Notes: generated by a model from the letters alone, not told the origin. A stretch of 45,668 bases of DNA from Candidatus Woesearchaeota archaeon (GCA_016214025.1 JACRPH010000006.1:1-45668), one strand, 5' to 3'; shown: positions 19,601 to 28,444, numbered from the stretch's first letter. Made by a program: numbers and translations.

Positions 19601-20272
19601 GTTTACATCCATCGGATTCGAATCATCATTACCAAAGTCATATCCTCCAATCACCTTACTACAGCTTCCATTTAAAAAACTAGTATTAGTACATCCTCCT
19701 AAAGCTGGATGGGTATAATCTACTCCCGTATCGATAACACAAACGGTTTGTCCAGTTCCATTAATGCTAGTCCCATTTACAGAAATATTCCAAACCTGGT
19801 TTGCTTTAATTAACGGCACGGATTGAATAAGATTTATTTTTATTGGTTTTACTGGTCGAATTTTTTCTATCAAGTCTGATTTTACTAACTTCTCTAACCC
19901 TTTCTTCGTTACTCTTCCCGAAAATCCATTAATAATAGAATAACGATGTTTTAAATCAATATCATAATCCTCCGCAGAAGCAATTCCTAAACCACCAACT
20001 TTATCTCGTTTTCTCACTCTTAACTCACCTAAAACGTCATCCTGCACTTCGCTTATCATCGCCTTCCTTCGGGAGAATTCATCTGTTGCAGAAGCAATTC
20101 CTAATCTTTTCTCTGGAAGTGGCTGGTCTTTCAATACAATGATTACAGAAACCTCATCTTGGGAATTTAATGCATCTAGAACTTCTTGGTCGATGGTTGC
20201 AGCAAAAGCAAACGTAGTTAAAACTAAGAATACCACTAATAATACGACTATCAAATACCCTCTTTTATTCAT
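16667..20272 (-). CDS. S8 subtilisin-like surface protease (paralogue of 3788-7456) with signal peptide, propeptide, Ig/PKD repeats and TM anchor
   Basis: IDTGVDYTHP, NSHGTHVAG, GGTSMAAPHVAG, YYWNFSD, SCSDSIQNGNEAGTDCGGSC, poly-Gly linker, C-terminal TM and basic tail. Confidence 0.93.
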   Translation of the reverse strand: MNKRGYLIVVLLVVFLVLTTFAFAATIDQEVLDALNSQDEVSVIIVLKDQPLPEKRLGIASATDEFSRRKAMISEVQDDVLGELRVRKRDKVGGLGIASAEDYDIDLKHRYSIINGFSGRVTKKGLEKLVKSDLIEKIRPVKPIKINLIQSVPLIKANQVWNISVNGTSINGTGQTVCVIDTGVDYTHPALGGCTNTSFLNGSCSKVIGGYDFGNDDSNPMDVNSHGTHVAGIIASENNTYRGVAPGAKIVALKVFANNGSGSTDDAIAGIDWCVSNKTLFNISVITLSLGECHPTQGCPYEFISTSYCDDRPLANATNYAASQGIFVDVAAGNAANSSGIGSPACASNVTSVGSVYDANVGIAAWSACTDGSTAADQISCFTNSGNILDLLAPGAQIYSTVLSNTYGTEGGTSMAAPHVAGAAALLKQYWKAAYNINITPQQIENKLKITGVRINDTRNGITFPRIDILAAIQPFINFTSSSPANATTITATYTLINITSDVNLSTALLEWNNGTPANFTMNSSNATSFYYNMTGLTTTNYTYRVYGNDSAGTFGVSETRLIVVDQTAPNITFYTPTNLSYYRQALNLNVSLTNLQLSFSNYSIINSTNTTLQTNTNNSILATSFTWTDLVNLSNSTFSDGNYTLTVFVNDTLGNSATSSVIFTVDKTAASIINLSLHPSTVYNNDSITFRINVTDNYALNTSAVYFESNFSTNWTNYSMNNENNITFNFTLTGTSNLTNQRNIAYKFNAADLAGNINTSATYNFTVQNRIPFALNITAPINNSVIEVGNSTSFNATATDLDNDTLTYYWNFSDNTSLVTEQNTTHSFNSTGSFIVILNVSDGYSSNLTNITVIINDTKPPTISSPTYDTELHLQQDGSTLSINSTTHDYSGISNFTLDFNGTLFNGSCTTTNTTWNCNWSISDLTVGSYNFTLNYTDNFTTTHTNSSTYNFSVTSCSDSIQNGNEAGTDCGGSCSACPSSPSSSGGGGGGGGGGTGGTTYVINDAQLATGYTNTLSKGDKMKFSISNEEHYLTMESMTSVSASFNVTSKVYKVLLSIGEEMKFELDDDSYYDIKAKLNSINITAVKANLTIQKIHEAIPEQKVAVEEKVNESVASSALDAINASNTSTEFKIGITPLTVNEALGSADKNTSSWKSITQWITWKYVLEVVIVIGLVLVLVKMHRRKKKASKHRKNAYPFP

Positions 20273-20319
20273 GTTTTACAGTGCCACTCTTAACCGGTTT
20301 TACTGTATCATTTACAGTA

Positions 20320-20643
20320 TCAAAAAGGTGTCTCCTTTGATGTCCCCTTTATGTCCCCTATAACATAATACGTACCTTTGCCTGTTGTACCGACTTTCTT
20401 TAAGATATTCTTATCAACTAAATCATTAAGATCGCGTGTTGCAGTTTTGATTTGCTGAGAAATTTTTTTAAGATTAGAGTCAGTAGCTATTTGCCCCACA
20501 CTATTTCTGGTTTTATCATCTATTCCAAAATAAATAGTTCCGCCTTTGTGATTGGTGAAAGCACAGACTGTTTTGAGAGATTTTTCTAACTGGGATAACG
20601 AGGTTTTCAATTCTACTTTATCACTCTCTTTCAAGTTTACCAT
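20320..20643 (-). pseudogene. Internally deleted Schlafen/AlbA_2-domain + HTH regulator
   Basis: The N-terminal ESDKVELK...TVCAFTNHKGGTIYFGIDD joins directly to the C-terminal HTH tail TATRDLNDLVDKNILKKVGTTGKGTYY. The central domains are absent. Confidence 0.75.
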
Positions 20644-20646
20644 TTT

Positions 20647-20766
20647 TTACTTATCATCTCTTTTTTTTCTGGAAGACTTATCTGCATTAACAGAGGCAGA
20701 AATAGTTAAAACTAGGAATACAATTAATACACCGACTAAACCCCCTCTTTTTAGTATCATGTTCAT
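20647..20766 (-). pseudogene. 39-aa orphan signal-peptide ORF (MNMILKRGGLVGVLIVFLVLTISASVNADK...)
   Basis: Manual translation. It resembles the N-terminus of the S8 protease at 20272 (MNKRGYLIVVLLVVFLVLTTFAFA). Confidence 0.45.
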
Positions 20767-20792
20767 TTTAAATTTAGATGATTAAATATTAT

Positions 20793-21095
20793 TCATTTTG
20801 TCTTATCACTGCCGAGAGTTTTATCTGTTACTACCCAATAACCCATTTTTCTTCCACCTTCTCTTTTCAAGAATCCTTTTTCTTTTAGTTTCTCTAAATA
20901 TTCTTTTACTGTTTCAGGACTCAAATTAAGTTTTTCTGCGATAATTTTACGAGTAGCCGAGGGATTATTAATTAAAAATCTCAAAATAGTTTCTTCTAAT
21001 TCCGTTCTTTTGGGGGGTTCTTTTGGGGGGTTCTTTTGGGGGGTAACTTGGGGGGTCTCTTCAAGTAACGCTTTCTTATGTATTGGTAAAGCCAT
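20793..21095 (-). CDS. Winged-HTH protein, probably the C-terminal fragment of a Fic/AlbA-type regulator
   Basis: TPQ-type repeat linker, then NNPSATRKIIAEKLNLSPETVKEYLEKLKEKGFLKREGGRKMGYWVV. Confidence 0.7.
   Translation of the reverse strand: MALPIHKKALLEETPQVTPQKNPPKEPPKRTELEETILRFLINNPSATRKIIAEKLNLSPETVKEYLEKLKEKGFLKREGGRKMGYWVVTDKTLGSDKTK
21004..21055. repeat. 13-bp tandem repeat (GTTCTTTTGGGGG x3) giving four G6 tracts
   Basis: G6 runs at 21012-17, 21025-30, 21038-43 and 21050-55. Confidence 0.8.
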
Positions 21096-21102
21096 TTTGT
21101 AA

Positions 21103-22020
21103 TTAAGTTAGTAGGTATGGTGTTATACTTTCCTTCAGAAACATAGTCCCAATCCCTTCTCCTACATTAAAGAAACCTTGCGAAATCACTCCAGAAAGCA
21201 TCTCCAATAACCCTTTCTTCTGCTCATAGACCACATAATCAACGTCTTCAATATCGTATTTGTCTTTAAGATACTTTTCTGCAGTTTCTTTGTCTCCTAA
21301 TTCATCTACTAATCCCAGCTCTAATGCTTCGCTGCCCAGAAAGAATTCTCCGGTAGCCATCTCTCGAACTTTGGATTCGGAAAGGTTTCTATTGGTGGCA
21401 ATCTCCTGAATGAAATAAGTGTGTACCTTGTCTATCTTTGCCTGTAAAATTTTCTTCTTCTCCTCGCTTAGCTTCAGGTAGGGGCTTCCCATATCTTTAT
21501 TTTCTCCACCCACCACCCGTTCGTATCCTACCCCATATTTTTCCATCAATCCGCTGAATTCCAGGAACGAAGAATATACTCCGATGCTTCCGGTGATGGA
21601 CATCTTGTTAGCAATAATATGCTCTGAAGCCGAAGCAATCCAATATCCGCCAGATGCGCCGACTTCTCTGATAACAGTTACAACTGGTTTCTTAGCTTTC
21701 TTAATTGCCGTTCCAATTTCATCTGAAGCTACTGGTGAACCTCCCGGAGAATTTATCTCCAGTACAATAGCTTCTATTTGAGAGCTTTCTTCAGCACTTT
21801 CAATAAATTCCACGATTTTAGTGGAAGAGATAGTATCCTCTCCCCAAGAACTAGCTCCGTCTCCGGTTATCACTCCCCGAATTTTGATTAAAGCCACGTT
21901 TCCATACTTAGAGCCGTCAAATAAAGATAAGCTTAACGAAAGTAGCATTAGAACGAACAGCGTAGCTCCAATCGTTAATAACACCGTCTTCCACCGTTTA
22001 GTTCCCTCCGCTTTCACCAT
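21103..22020 (-). CDS. sppA: Signal peptide peptidase SppA (S49, 36K type)
   Basis: LEINSPGGSPVASDEI, GASGGYWIAS, TGSIGV, N-terminal TM. Start at MVKAEG. Confidence 0.93.
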   Translation of the reverse strand: MVKAEGTKRWKTVLLTIGATLFVLMLLSLSLSLFDGSKYGNVALIKIRGVITGDGASSWGEDTISSTKIVEFIESAEESSQIEAIVLEINSPGGSPVASDEIGTAIKKAKKPVVTVIREVGASGGYWIASASEHIIANKMSITGSIGVYSSFLEFSGLMEKYGVGYERVVGGENKDMGSPYLKLSEEKKKILQAKIDKVHTYFIQEIATNRNLSESKVREMATGEFFLGSEALELGLVDELGDKETAEKYLKDKYDIEDVDYVVYEQKKGLLEMLSGVISQGFFNVGEGIGTMFLKESITPYLLT

Positions 22021-22073
22021 AGTGGTCGTTACTACAACAATGTTTATATAGATTTTGGTGCAGTAAGCTATTT

Positions 22074-23306
22074 GTGGAAGATAATTCGGAAGCAATATCT
22101 GTACTTAACGAAGTTTATGCCTTATCAGAAAGGGAACCGCAGCAAGTTTCCGATAAAATTAACACTATTCGCCAGCTGAAAAAAGAAAAGACTGAAATCC
22201 CTGCTGAATTATTAATCCTGTCTGAATTTGTTTATCCCTTTGAAACATTGCATAAGCGCGGCTTGTATGAACATCTGTTAGTGGATGATTATGGCTTGAG
22301 CAACGCTACTACGATTAAATTCGGCCAGCACCGAATCAAGAGAATCCAAGAATTGTTTGGGGATGCTAAAGTATTGGATATTAGCTGCGGATGCGGGGGG
22401 CAGTTACTGGAATCATGTAAAGAAGGGATCAATGTAGCGGGAGTGGAAAAAGATCCACTGCGCTGTTTATTGGCGAAGATTAATGTTAACTTAGCTCACT
22501 TCCATAATTATATTTCGGTAAAGCCTCAAATTGTTAACGATGATGCCCTTTCTCCGGCTACAGTTAAATTAGCCGCAGAGTTTGAGGTAGTACTGTGTGA
22601 TTCGCTGCGTATTAGCGGAGCATATTTCCCAGAGTTGAATGAATTACGCAAGTTTTATCCCCAAAAGTATATTGTGTATGAACTCCGTCCGTTAGAGAAT
22701 ATTCAGCACTTGTTGCAGCAGTATCCTTTCTTGTCCAAGAATGCCGAGGTTGAATTTTATGGTGAAGAAGACCGATGCAGCCGGCTGACTGCTTATATTG
22801 GTCGGGGGAAGAGCATCAAATTCTTTCAAGAGGATGAATTATTAAATGCAGAGTTAAGTTACCCTCCGGAAAGAATGGAAAGCGCAGCCCTGCAGACGCA
22901 GCAGAAGTTAAGCTCTGAATTCCCCACTCACGATTTCTTTGTGCTGAACCGCTGCTTAGTGGATAATTATTTTGTAGCGCTGTTGAATTTGTCTATTTGT
23001 GCCGTGGACAAGAAGAGATATTTGTGCGAGTTTTCTCCAGCTAAAGATTCAAAGATAAATCCACTGAAGATTTTTTATACCGTTGAATCTTCTACGGACA
23101 TTAAAGAGCTTACCGCTTTTTTACAGGATAATTTTGAAGAGTATACTACGGCGCTGCGGTTTGAGATCCCTTCCGGCGAATATTGGGATTTTATAAAAGA
23201 GAATAAGTTAGTTACTAATCGTGATAGTGTATATAGATTCAGCTTGTTTAAGTTTAATGGAGTGTATCATTTAGCGGAGGAAAAGAGCCGTTTACCCGTA
23301 GATTAA
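22074..23306 (+). CDS. Class I SAM-dependent methyltransferase-like protein
   Basis: Motif I VLDISCGCGG, motif II AGVEKDP, then NDDAL. Substrate unknown. Confidence 0.7.
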   Translation: MEDNSEAISVLNEVYALSEREPQQVSDKINTIRQLKKEKTEIPAELLILSEFVYPFETLHKRGLYEHLLVDDYGLSNATTIKFGQHRIKRIQELFGDAKVLDISCGCGGQLLESCKEGINVAGVEKDPLRCLLAKINVNLAHFHNYISVKPQIVNDDALSPATVKLAAEFEVVLCDSLRISGAYFPELNELRKFYPQKYIVYELRPLENIQHLLQQYPFLSKNAEVEFYGEEDRCSRLTAYIGRGKSIKFFQEDELLNAELSYPPERMESAALQTQQKLSSEFPTHDFFVLNRCLVDNYFVALLNLSICAVDKKRYLCEFSPAKDSKINPLKIFYTVESSTDIKELTAFLQDNFEEYTTALRFEIPSGEYWDFIKENKLVTNRDSVYRFSLFKFNGVYHLAEEKSRLPVD

Positions 23307-23636
23307 TGCCCCTATCGCTACCAAGAGGTTTAACATAAGATAGAAACTGTTAGCAAAGATAATGGGTTTCTCTCGGTGAAGTATTCCATAAGCAAGCCAG
23401 AATACCGAGATGATTGCGTAAGCCGACCAGGATAAAGCCGATACTCCCGCAGCATTATGGTCCAGCCATATTTTTTGCAGCTGGGGCAAGGTCATGACAA
23501 TGCCAAAGATAGCTACCCCATAAATTAACTTGTCAACAATCCTTTTTAATTTATTCGGGTGTGGAAATTTTTCATGTTTCAGATGGATTCTCTTGCGAAC
23601 ATGGAAATGGTGCAGCCCTATGGTGTGGTTAGGCAT
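23292..23636 (-). CDS. SemiSWEET / PQ-loop family small transporter
   Basis: Three TM helices, TLPQ..KIW, AAGVSALSW, WLAYGIL...PIIFAN. Confidence 0.85.
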   Translation of the reverse strand: MPNHTIGLHHFHVRKRIHLKHEKFPHPNKLKRIVDKLIYGVAIFGIVMTLPQLQKIWLDHNAAGVSALSWSAYAIISVFWLAYGILHREKPIIFANSFYLMLNLLVAIGALIYG

Positions 23637-23691
23637 AATCAGCAAGGTTAATGTTTTAGAATATAAACTTAACGTTGATTTATTACCTTAA

Positions 23692-24330
23692 CTAAAATCC
23701 TCTTCCCTTTCTATCCCTTTCTCTTCTGTAATCCCATTTCCCACATTGTATAGAAGCTTCCAAAGAGCCAATAAAATCTTTGGCCGGGTCTAAAATAATT
23801 ACCTCTCCCTTTTTGTCAGTATATCTGCACCAGGCATGCGCTCCCAGCACCCATGAATTGCGGTCTACACTGACCTTACCCTCTAAATAGCCTTCTTTGA
23901 TGAATTTCTCCAGCAGAAAAGCAGCCAGTAAAGCTTGCTGCCGGCATACGCCGTATTGCCTTTCCAAAAATGCGCCTAAAGAAATCTTGTGGTCATCAAC
24001 AGCTCCTCTTTCTTCAATTATTTTTTTGGTTTCTTCCTCGGAATAGCGCAGCCGGAGCTTTACGGTGTTAAATACGGTGCCTAAGATAATAAAAGGATGA
24101 GCGGAGCTATAGTCTTCCCCAAGACATAACGCTTTTACTTCGTCATAAACCTGCCCGATTAACGGATATTTTACCGAATCAACTACAATCGCTTCCCGTT
24201 CGTGCCCTCCCAGATATACTCCTCCATCAATAGGGCTGTCTCTCTGGATTATGGGGCGGCCTTCGTAAATCTCTTGGCTTATTTTATCTTCCAGGCGGTG
24301 CAACACATATTTAGTTCTTAACCAGTTCAT
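23692..24330 (-). CDS. Transglutaminase-like / papain-fold protein
   Basis: Candidate Cys-His-Asp triad: YGVCRQQALL, GAHAW, IILDP. Confidence 0.75.
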   Translation of the reverse strand: MNWLRTKYVLHRLEDKISQEIYEGRPIIQRDSPIDGGVYLGGHEREAIVVDSVKYPLIGQVYDEVKALCLGEDYSSAHPFIILGTVFNTVKLRLRYSEEETKKIIEERGAVDDHKISLGAFLERQYGVCRQQALLAAFLLEKFIKEGYLEGKVSVDRNSWVLGAHAWCRYTDKKGEVIILDPAKDFIGSLEASIQCGKWDYRRERDRKGRGF

Positions 24331-24470
24331 AAATCCCTAGAAAAAGAGGTGATTTAAATACTTTACTACTCTAAAATAGTTCCAACCGTAAAGCTTTTAA
24401 ATAGGCCCATAGCTTAAAAATTACTTTTCCTCATTAAGTTTATTAACCACTTCTATATCCTCTTTAAATT

Positions 24471-25610
24471 ATGGCATTACATCGCGAGATAATCGTCTTG
24501 GGAGACATTGAAATGGGTGGAGGCACGCTTACTGATGATTTCATAGGCGATAACGCTCTCTCAAAATTGCTCTTAGAACTGAACCGGCGTCCGCATCCAT
24601 TAGATTTAATCTTAAATGGAGACACGTTTGACTTTCTGAAATGCCCGTATTCAAAAGGCGGGAAATTAGCTTACACCCGGCATATTACCGCAGAAGTTTC
24701 TTTGAGCAAGCTGGACTTAATGTACTCTGCGCATAAGAAAGTATTTGATGCACTAACTAAATTTATCCGTTTACCTCAGCACAACTTATTTTTTGTATTC
24801 GGGAACCATGATTTAGATTTAGTTTTTCCTCAAGTGCAAGAAAAAATTAGAAAAATATTGTGGGCAAAGTCCAACGTTCATTTCATAATTCGATATAATG
24901 CCGATGGAGTATACGTTGAGCACGGGATGCAGTATGATTACCTGAATAAAATTGATTTCCAGAAGGTGTTTTTGAAACATAAAGGAAAAGAGCTGCTTAA
25001 TCTGTCCTGGGTTTCATTTGGATTAATCGGAAAGATGCTTCCGTTGAAAGAAGAGCATCCGTTCTTAGAGAGGCTTATGGACCGTCCGCGGTTATTTACC
25101 ATAAACAAATTCCTGAGAAAGAGGATCGCGTGGAAAGTTACCGAATACTTCTTTAAGAGCATGGTATATTATCCGTGGAGATATATCACTGACCCCACTT
25201 ATGCTTTTCCCCGGGGATTATTCCGTGAATTCCTGCGCCGGATGAAACACACACATTGGGAAGTTGATACCATTGTGAGCGTGTTTAAAAGGAACAAACG
25301 CCGCAGCTTGCATAAGAATAAAATTTATGTTTTGGGGCACGTGCATCACCATTATATGGAGGAAAAAGAAGGCAGGGTAATTATTCATTCCGGAAGTTGG
25401 AGAGATGAGTATGATTTGGATAAGAATAGTCATTTAGTCCCCCGAGTGAAGAAATATGTGCAAGTCTTAATTGGAGATGGCAGATGTGAATATCAGGTTA
25501 TTTCTTATCCCCTTAAGCGAAGCAAGTTTAAGCTGGAAGATGCGCTGAAAAATGAGAAAAAGTGCTTGAAGACGGCGGCGAAGGAGGAGGGGTATGATTT
25601 GACTTTGTGA
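24471..25610 (+). CDS. Calcineurin-like metallophosphoesterase
   Basis: LGDIEMG, LNGDTFD, FGNHD, VEHG, LGHVH, SGSW. Confidence 0.88.
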   Translation: MALHREIIVLGDIEMGGGTLTDDFIGDNALSKLLLELNRRPHPLDLILNGDTFDFLKCPYSKGGKLAYTRHITAEVSLSKLDLMYSAHKKVFDALTKFIRLPQHNLFFVFGNHDLDLVFPQVQEKIRKILWAKSNVHFIIRYNADGVYVEHGMQYDYLNKIDFQKVFLKHKGKELLNLSWVSFGLIGKMLPLKEEHPFLERLMDRPRLFTINKFLRKRIAWKVTEYFFKSMVYYPWRYITDPTYAFPRGLFREFLRRMKHTHWEVDTIVSVFKRNKRRSLHKNKIYVLGHVHHHYMEEKEGRVIIHSGSWRDEYDLDKNSHLVPRVKKYVQVLIGDGRCEYQVISYPLKRSKFKLEDALKNEKKCLKTAAKEEGYDLTL

Positions 25611-25718
25611 TTTTCACCACTCCTTTACACTCAACAACCTTTAAATAGAAGTTTGGTTCTCAGCTTCATATTCTAGTTATCGGGGTGGGGGAATATCTTA
25701 GAACAAAAATTAAACCAA

Positions 25719-26219
25719 GTGAGTAACCGCTCGTCAATCAAAGACGCGGTGACGGCAGTAGCTAAGCTGGATTATACTGTGCTGAAGGAGATTTCTGCCA
25801 ATGATAATTTTGTTGATGAGGGAGCAGATGATGAAGCCAGTGAAATTGAGAAGTTAACTTCTGATGATGAGCTGGTTGATTATGCTTTACTTCATCAACA
25901 ACCCCCAGTTAATTATGCTTTGAATTTAGATTATCTTTCCGAGTTAGCTGGAGCAAGGTCTTCTTCAGTGACGTATGAAGATGATGAGAAAGAGAAGAAA
26001 GTGGAGGATGAACCAGAACCCATAATTACTGCCCAAGAGGCAGGTGAGATAATCCATCAACTCCAAGCTAATAGAATTTTTGGGGGTGGAAAGGTCGTAG
26101 ACTACAAGAAGAGGGAGTCGTTTCTTTATTATATTACTTTTAATCCAGCGATATTTAGACTACAGTGCGTTTCAAGTCAGTTTTATACCGATGACATAGA
26201 TTATTCGAGGTTTGTTTAG
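25719..26219 (+). CDS. Acidic hypothetical protein
   Basis: 166-aa ORF with GTG start and an upstream TTTAAATA promoter-like element. Confidence 0.6.
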   Translation: MSNRSSIKDAVTAVAKLDYTVLKEISANDNFVDEGADDEASEIEKLTSDDELVDYALLHQQPPVNYALNLDYLSELAGARSSSVTYEDDEKEKKVEDEPEPIITAQEAGEIIHQLQANRIFGGGKVVDYKKRESFLYYITFNPAIFRLQCVSSQFYTDDIDYSRFV

Positions 26220-26225
26220 ACTTAG

Positions 26226-26774
26226 CTAAAGGTTCTTGCTTTCTTCATGTAACTCGTTCCATAGTTGTTTTCCGGTAGCAGTTTTGAAATATTTATGATA
26301 AGTCTTAAGAAACTCAGAGAGAATATCTTTATTTAGCTGTTTTGAATAAACTCTTGCTTGCAATAAAGTATCTAACTCATCAGCTTCCCTAGCTACAATG
26401 GACTCTTTTGTCTTTTGTTCTTGGTATTCGCTGATTAAATTACTAAATTCTCGAGCAATTTTAGCGGGTAGATTTTTCATCAACTTTTCCATAGACTTTT
26501 TTTCAATTTCTTCTTTATTAACATAACTTTTGTCTGCGGGAGTGAGATCATCTATGTACGCCATAATTAAGTCATGTATAAGCAACATCTTTATTACTTT
26601 ATTAGAATCAACCTTTTCCATCTCTGATAATAGCCACCCTAGAGAAGCCGCTCCAAAAGAATGACTGGCAATGGTGTCTTTGATTCCCGATACTCCTTTC
26701 AACATCCATCCCTTTCTCTCTAAATGCTTAATCTTATTTATGGGTTCAAAGAGGTTTAATATGTCATTTTTCAT
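26226..26774 (-). CDS. HD-domain hydrolase (HDDC2/YfbR-like 5'-deoxynucleotidase family)
   Basis: KHLERKGW, DTIASHSF, LLIHDL, EADELD. Confidence 0.85.
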   Translation of the reverse strand: MKNDILNLFEPINKIKHLERKGWMLKGVSGIKDTIASHSFGAASLGWLLSEMEKVDSNKVIKMLLIHDLIMAYIDDLTPADKSYVNKEEIEKKSMEKLMKNLPAKIAREFSNLISEYQEQKTKESIVAREADELDTLLQARVYSKQLNKDILSEFLKTYHKYFKTATGKQLWNELHEESKNL

Positions 26775-27328
26775 GTTGTCTTTTTTCGGATAGATTTAAG
26801 CTCGCCCAGTATTCCCACTAGTTGTTCATCTTTGAGATATTTCTCGACGTTTTCCCAGAACTCATCTAATGACCCGCCTGCAACTTCTTCATACTCTAAT
26901 GTTTGAATTGCCATCTCTAATTTATCGATCTCTTTAAGAAATTTAGCTTCTTGTGAACGGCGATTAATGTAATCATCTATAATCACAAAGTAATCTTCTT
27001 CTGAACTTAACCCGGAGATGATCTCTTTAGCTGATTTAAGTTCTTTCTGATGTTTACTCTTCAGCTTTTCTAGATCTGATATTTTCCCGTGTTCCCACAC
27101 AAGGTCCGTCGTTATTGACTCAGCAATGTCGTGTATCAATGCCATCTTAAGCAGATAAAACCGATCTAAATCTCTTCCCTCAGAGAGAGTCATAGCCATT
27201 ACTGCGACTCTGAATGAATGTTCAGCAACGCTTTCGGGTGAGCTTATACCCTTTAATAGCCAACCTGTTCTCTTAACTTTCTTTAACTTCCCCACTTCCA
27301 ATAAAAATTTAGTTATAGGACTTATCAT
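26771..27328 (-). CDS. HD-domain hydrolase (HDDC2/YfbR-like), tandem paralogue
   Basis: LKKVKRTGW, ESVAEHSFR, MALIHDIAES, IDKLE. ATGA overlap with the next gene. Confidence 0.88.
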   Translation of the reverse strand: MISPITKFLLEVGKLKKVKRTGWLLKGISSPESVAEHSFRVAVMAMTLSEGRDLDRFYLLKMALIHDIAESITTDLVWEHGKISDLEKLKSKHQKELKSAKEIISGLSSEEDYFVIIDDYINRRSQEAKFLKEIDKLEMAIQTLEYEEVAGGSLDEFWENVEKYLKDEQLVGILGELKSIRKKTT

Positions 27329-27399
27329 TTTTTCTCTTATCTTTTAGAGATTGGATTAACTCTCTTAATTTATCTTCTTTTATAGGGTATTTGGCATTT

Positions 27400-28359
27400 T
27401 CAAAATGACAAACACAGTTTAGTTATTCTTATTAGGTATTCGTGAATTACTTTCATATTCTCCAGTGCCTTTCCCACCAAGAGGTCATCATTTACACGAT
27501 GAATGTTGTCTATTCTTTCCATTATCTCTTTCTCTTCTTTAACTAATTTACTCATCTGGTTTCGATTCTTCTGGTGATGGTTGTTCATCATTTCCACGTA
27601 AATTCTCTCAGTAGTAGAGTATATTTGCTCTAAAGATTTAACCGTCTTTTTCTTCTCATCCAAGTACACCAAATCTTGGGCGATGGACTTCAAATGATGA
27701 GAAATATTTTCTAAAAAGAAGTTTATCTTAGACGTTAACACAATCTCCAAGTAATTTAACTCAAACATTTTAGCAATATTCGGGTCAGTAAGAGCTTTTT
27801 TGGTTACTTTCATTGCCAGCAGGTTAAGCTTATTTATCTGCTCATTTAAGTTGTTTATCTCCTCGTAATCCTTTGCTCTGAGCCCTTTCTGAAAGAATTT
27901 TTTAATTTCTACCAACATGGCTCTGAGGATAATATCTTCTTTCTTCAGCACCATACTTGCAGAGGTATCTTTGTAGTCAAAGAAGTTTCTAGCGATGATA
28001 TGTTGTGGAGTATGTTCAATAACATCTAACGCAATCAAGCCCTGAATAATCTCTGTTATCATTACGGATTTGTCTTTTATTTCTTTTCCAACTAATCTGA
28101 TATTTTTGAAGTCGTCAATATAGGCAGAGATTATCTCATTACGCAAGTCGTTGGTATCTTTTCCATCGATATTGATGCAGGTTTCCTCTACTTTTGGGCT
28201 TTCTTTAAGCTCTTGTGGGCTTATCAGCAGATGCCCATTAGTTCCATAACTTAGGCTTATGGTATCTCCCGCTGCAAGTTTATTTTCTCTGACCCACTCT
28301 ATAGGCAAAGAGACTACAAAAGAGGTATTCCCTGATTTTACCAGAGTTCTGAACGCCAT
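27400..28359 (-). CDS. Archaeal AbrB-PhoU type regulator (phosphate-uptake regulator family)
   Basis: N-terminal RTLVKSGNTSFVVSLPIEWV...GD, IISAYIDDF, helical PhoU-like C-terminus. Confidence 0.82.
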   Translation of the reverse strand: MAFRTLVKSGNTSFVVSLPIEWVRENKLAAGDTISLSYGTNGHLLISPQELKESPKVEETCINIDGKDTNDLRNEIISAYIDDFKNIRLVGKEIKDKSVMITEIIQGLIALDVIEHTPQHIIARNFFDYKDTSASMVLKKEDIILRAMLVEIKKFFQKGLRAKDYEEINNLNEQINKLNLLAMKVTKKALTDPNIAKMFELNYLEIVLTSKINFFLENISHHLKSIAQDLVYLDEKKKTVKSLEQIYSTTERIYVEMMNNHHQKNRNQMSKLVKEEKEIMERIDNIHRVNDDLLVGKALENMKVIHEYLIRITKLCLSF

Positions 28360-28444
28360 AATGGTTTTAGAAGTAAGTACTTTATATATTTGGTGTATAG
28401 TATGTCAATAAAGTATATATCTGGGGGGGGCTTTTTGTATTATT

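Noticed and set aside
19974-20104. 17-bp direct repeat GCAGAAGCAATTCCTAA (LGIASA twice)
   Set aside because: Only two copies, in frame within the propeptide. Not a CRISPR repeat or an evident mobile-element boundary.
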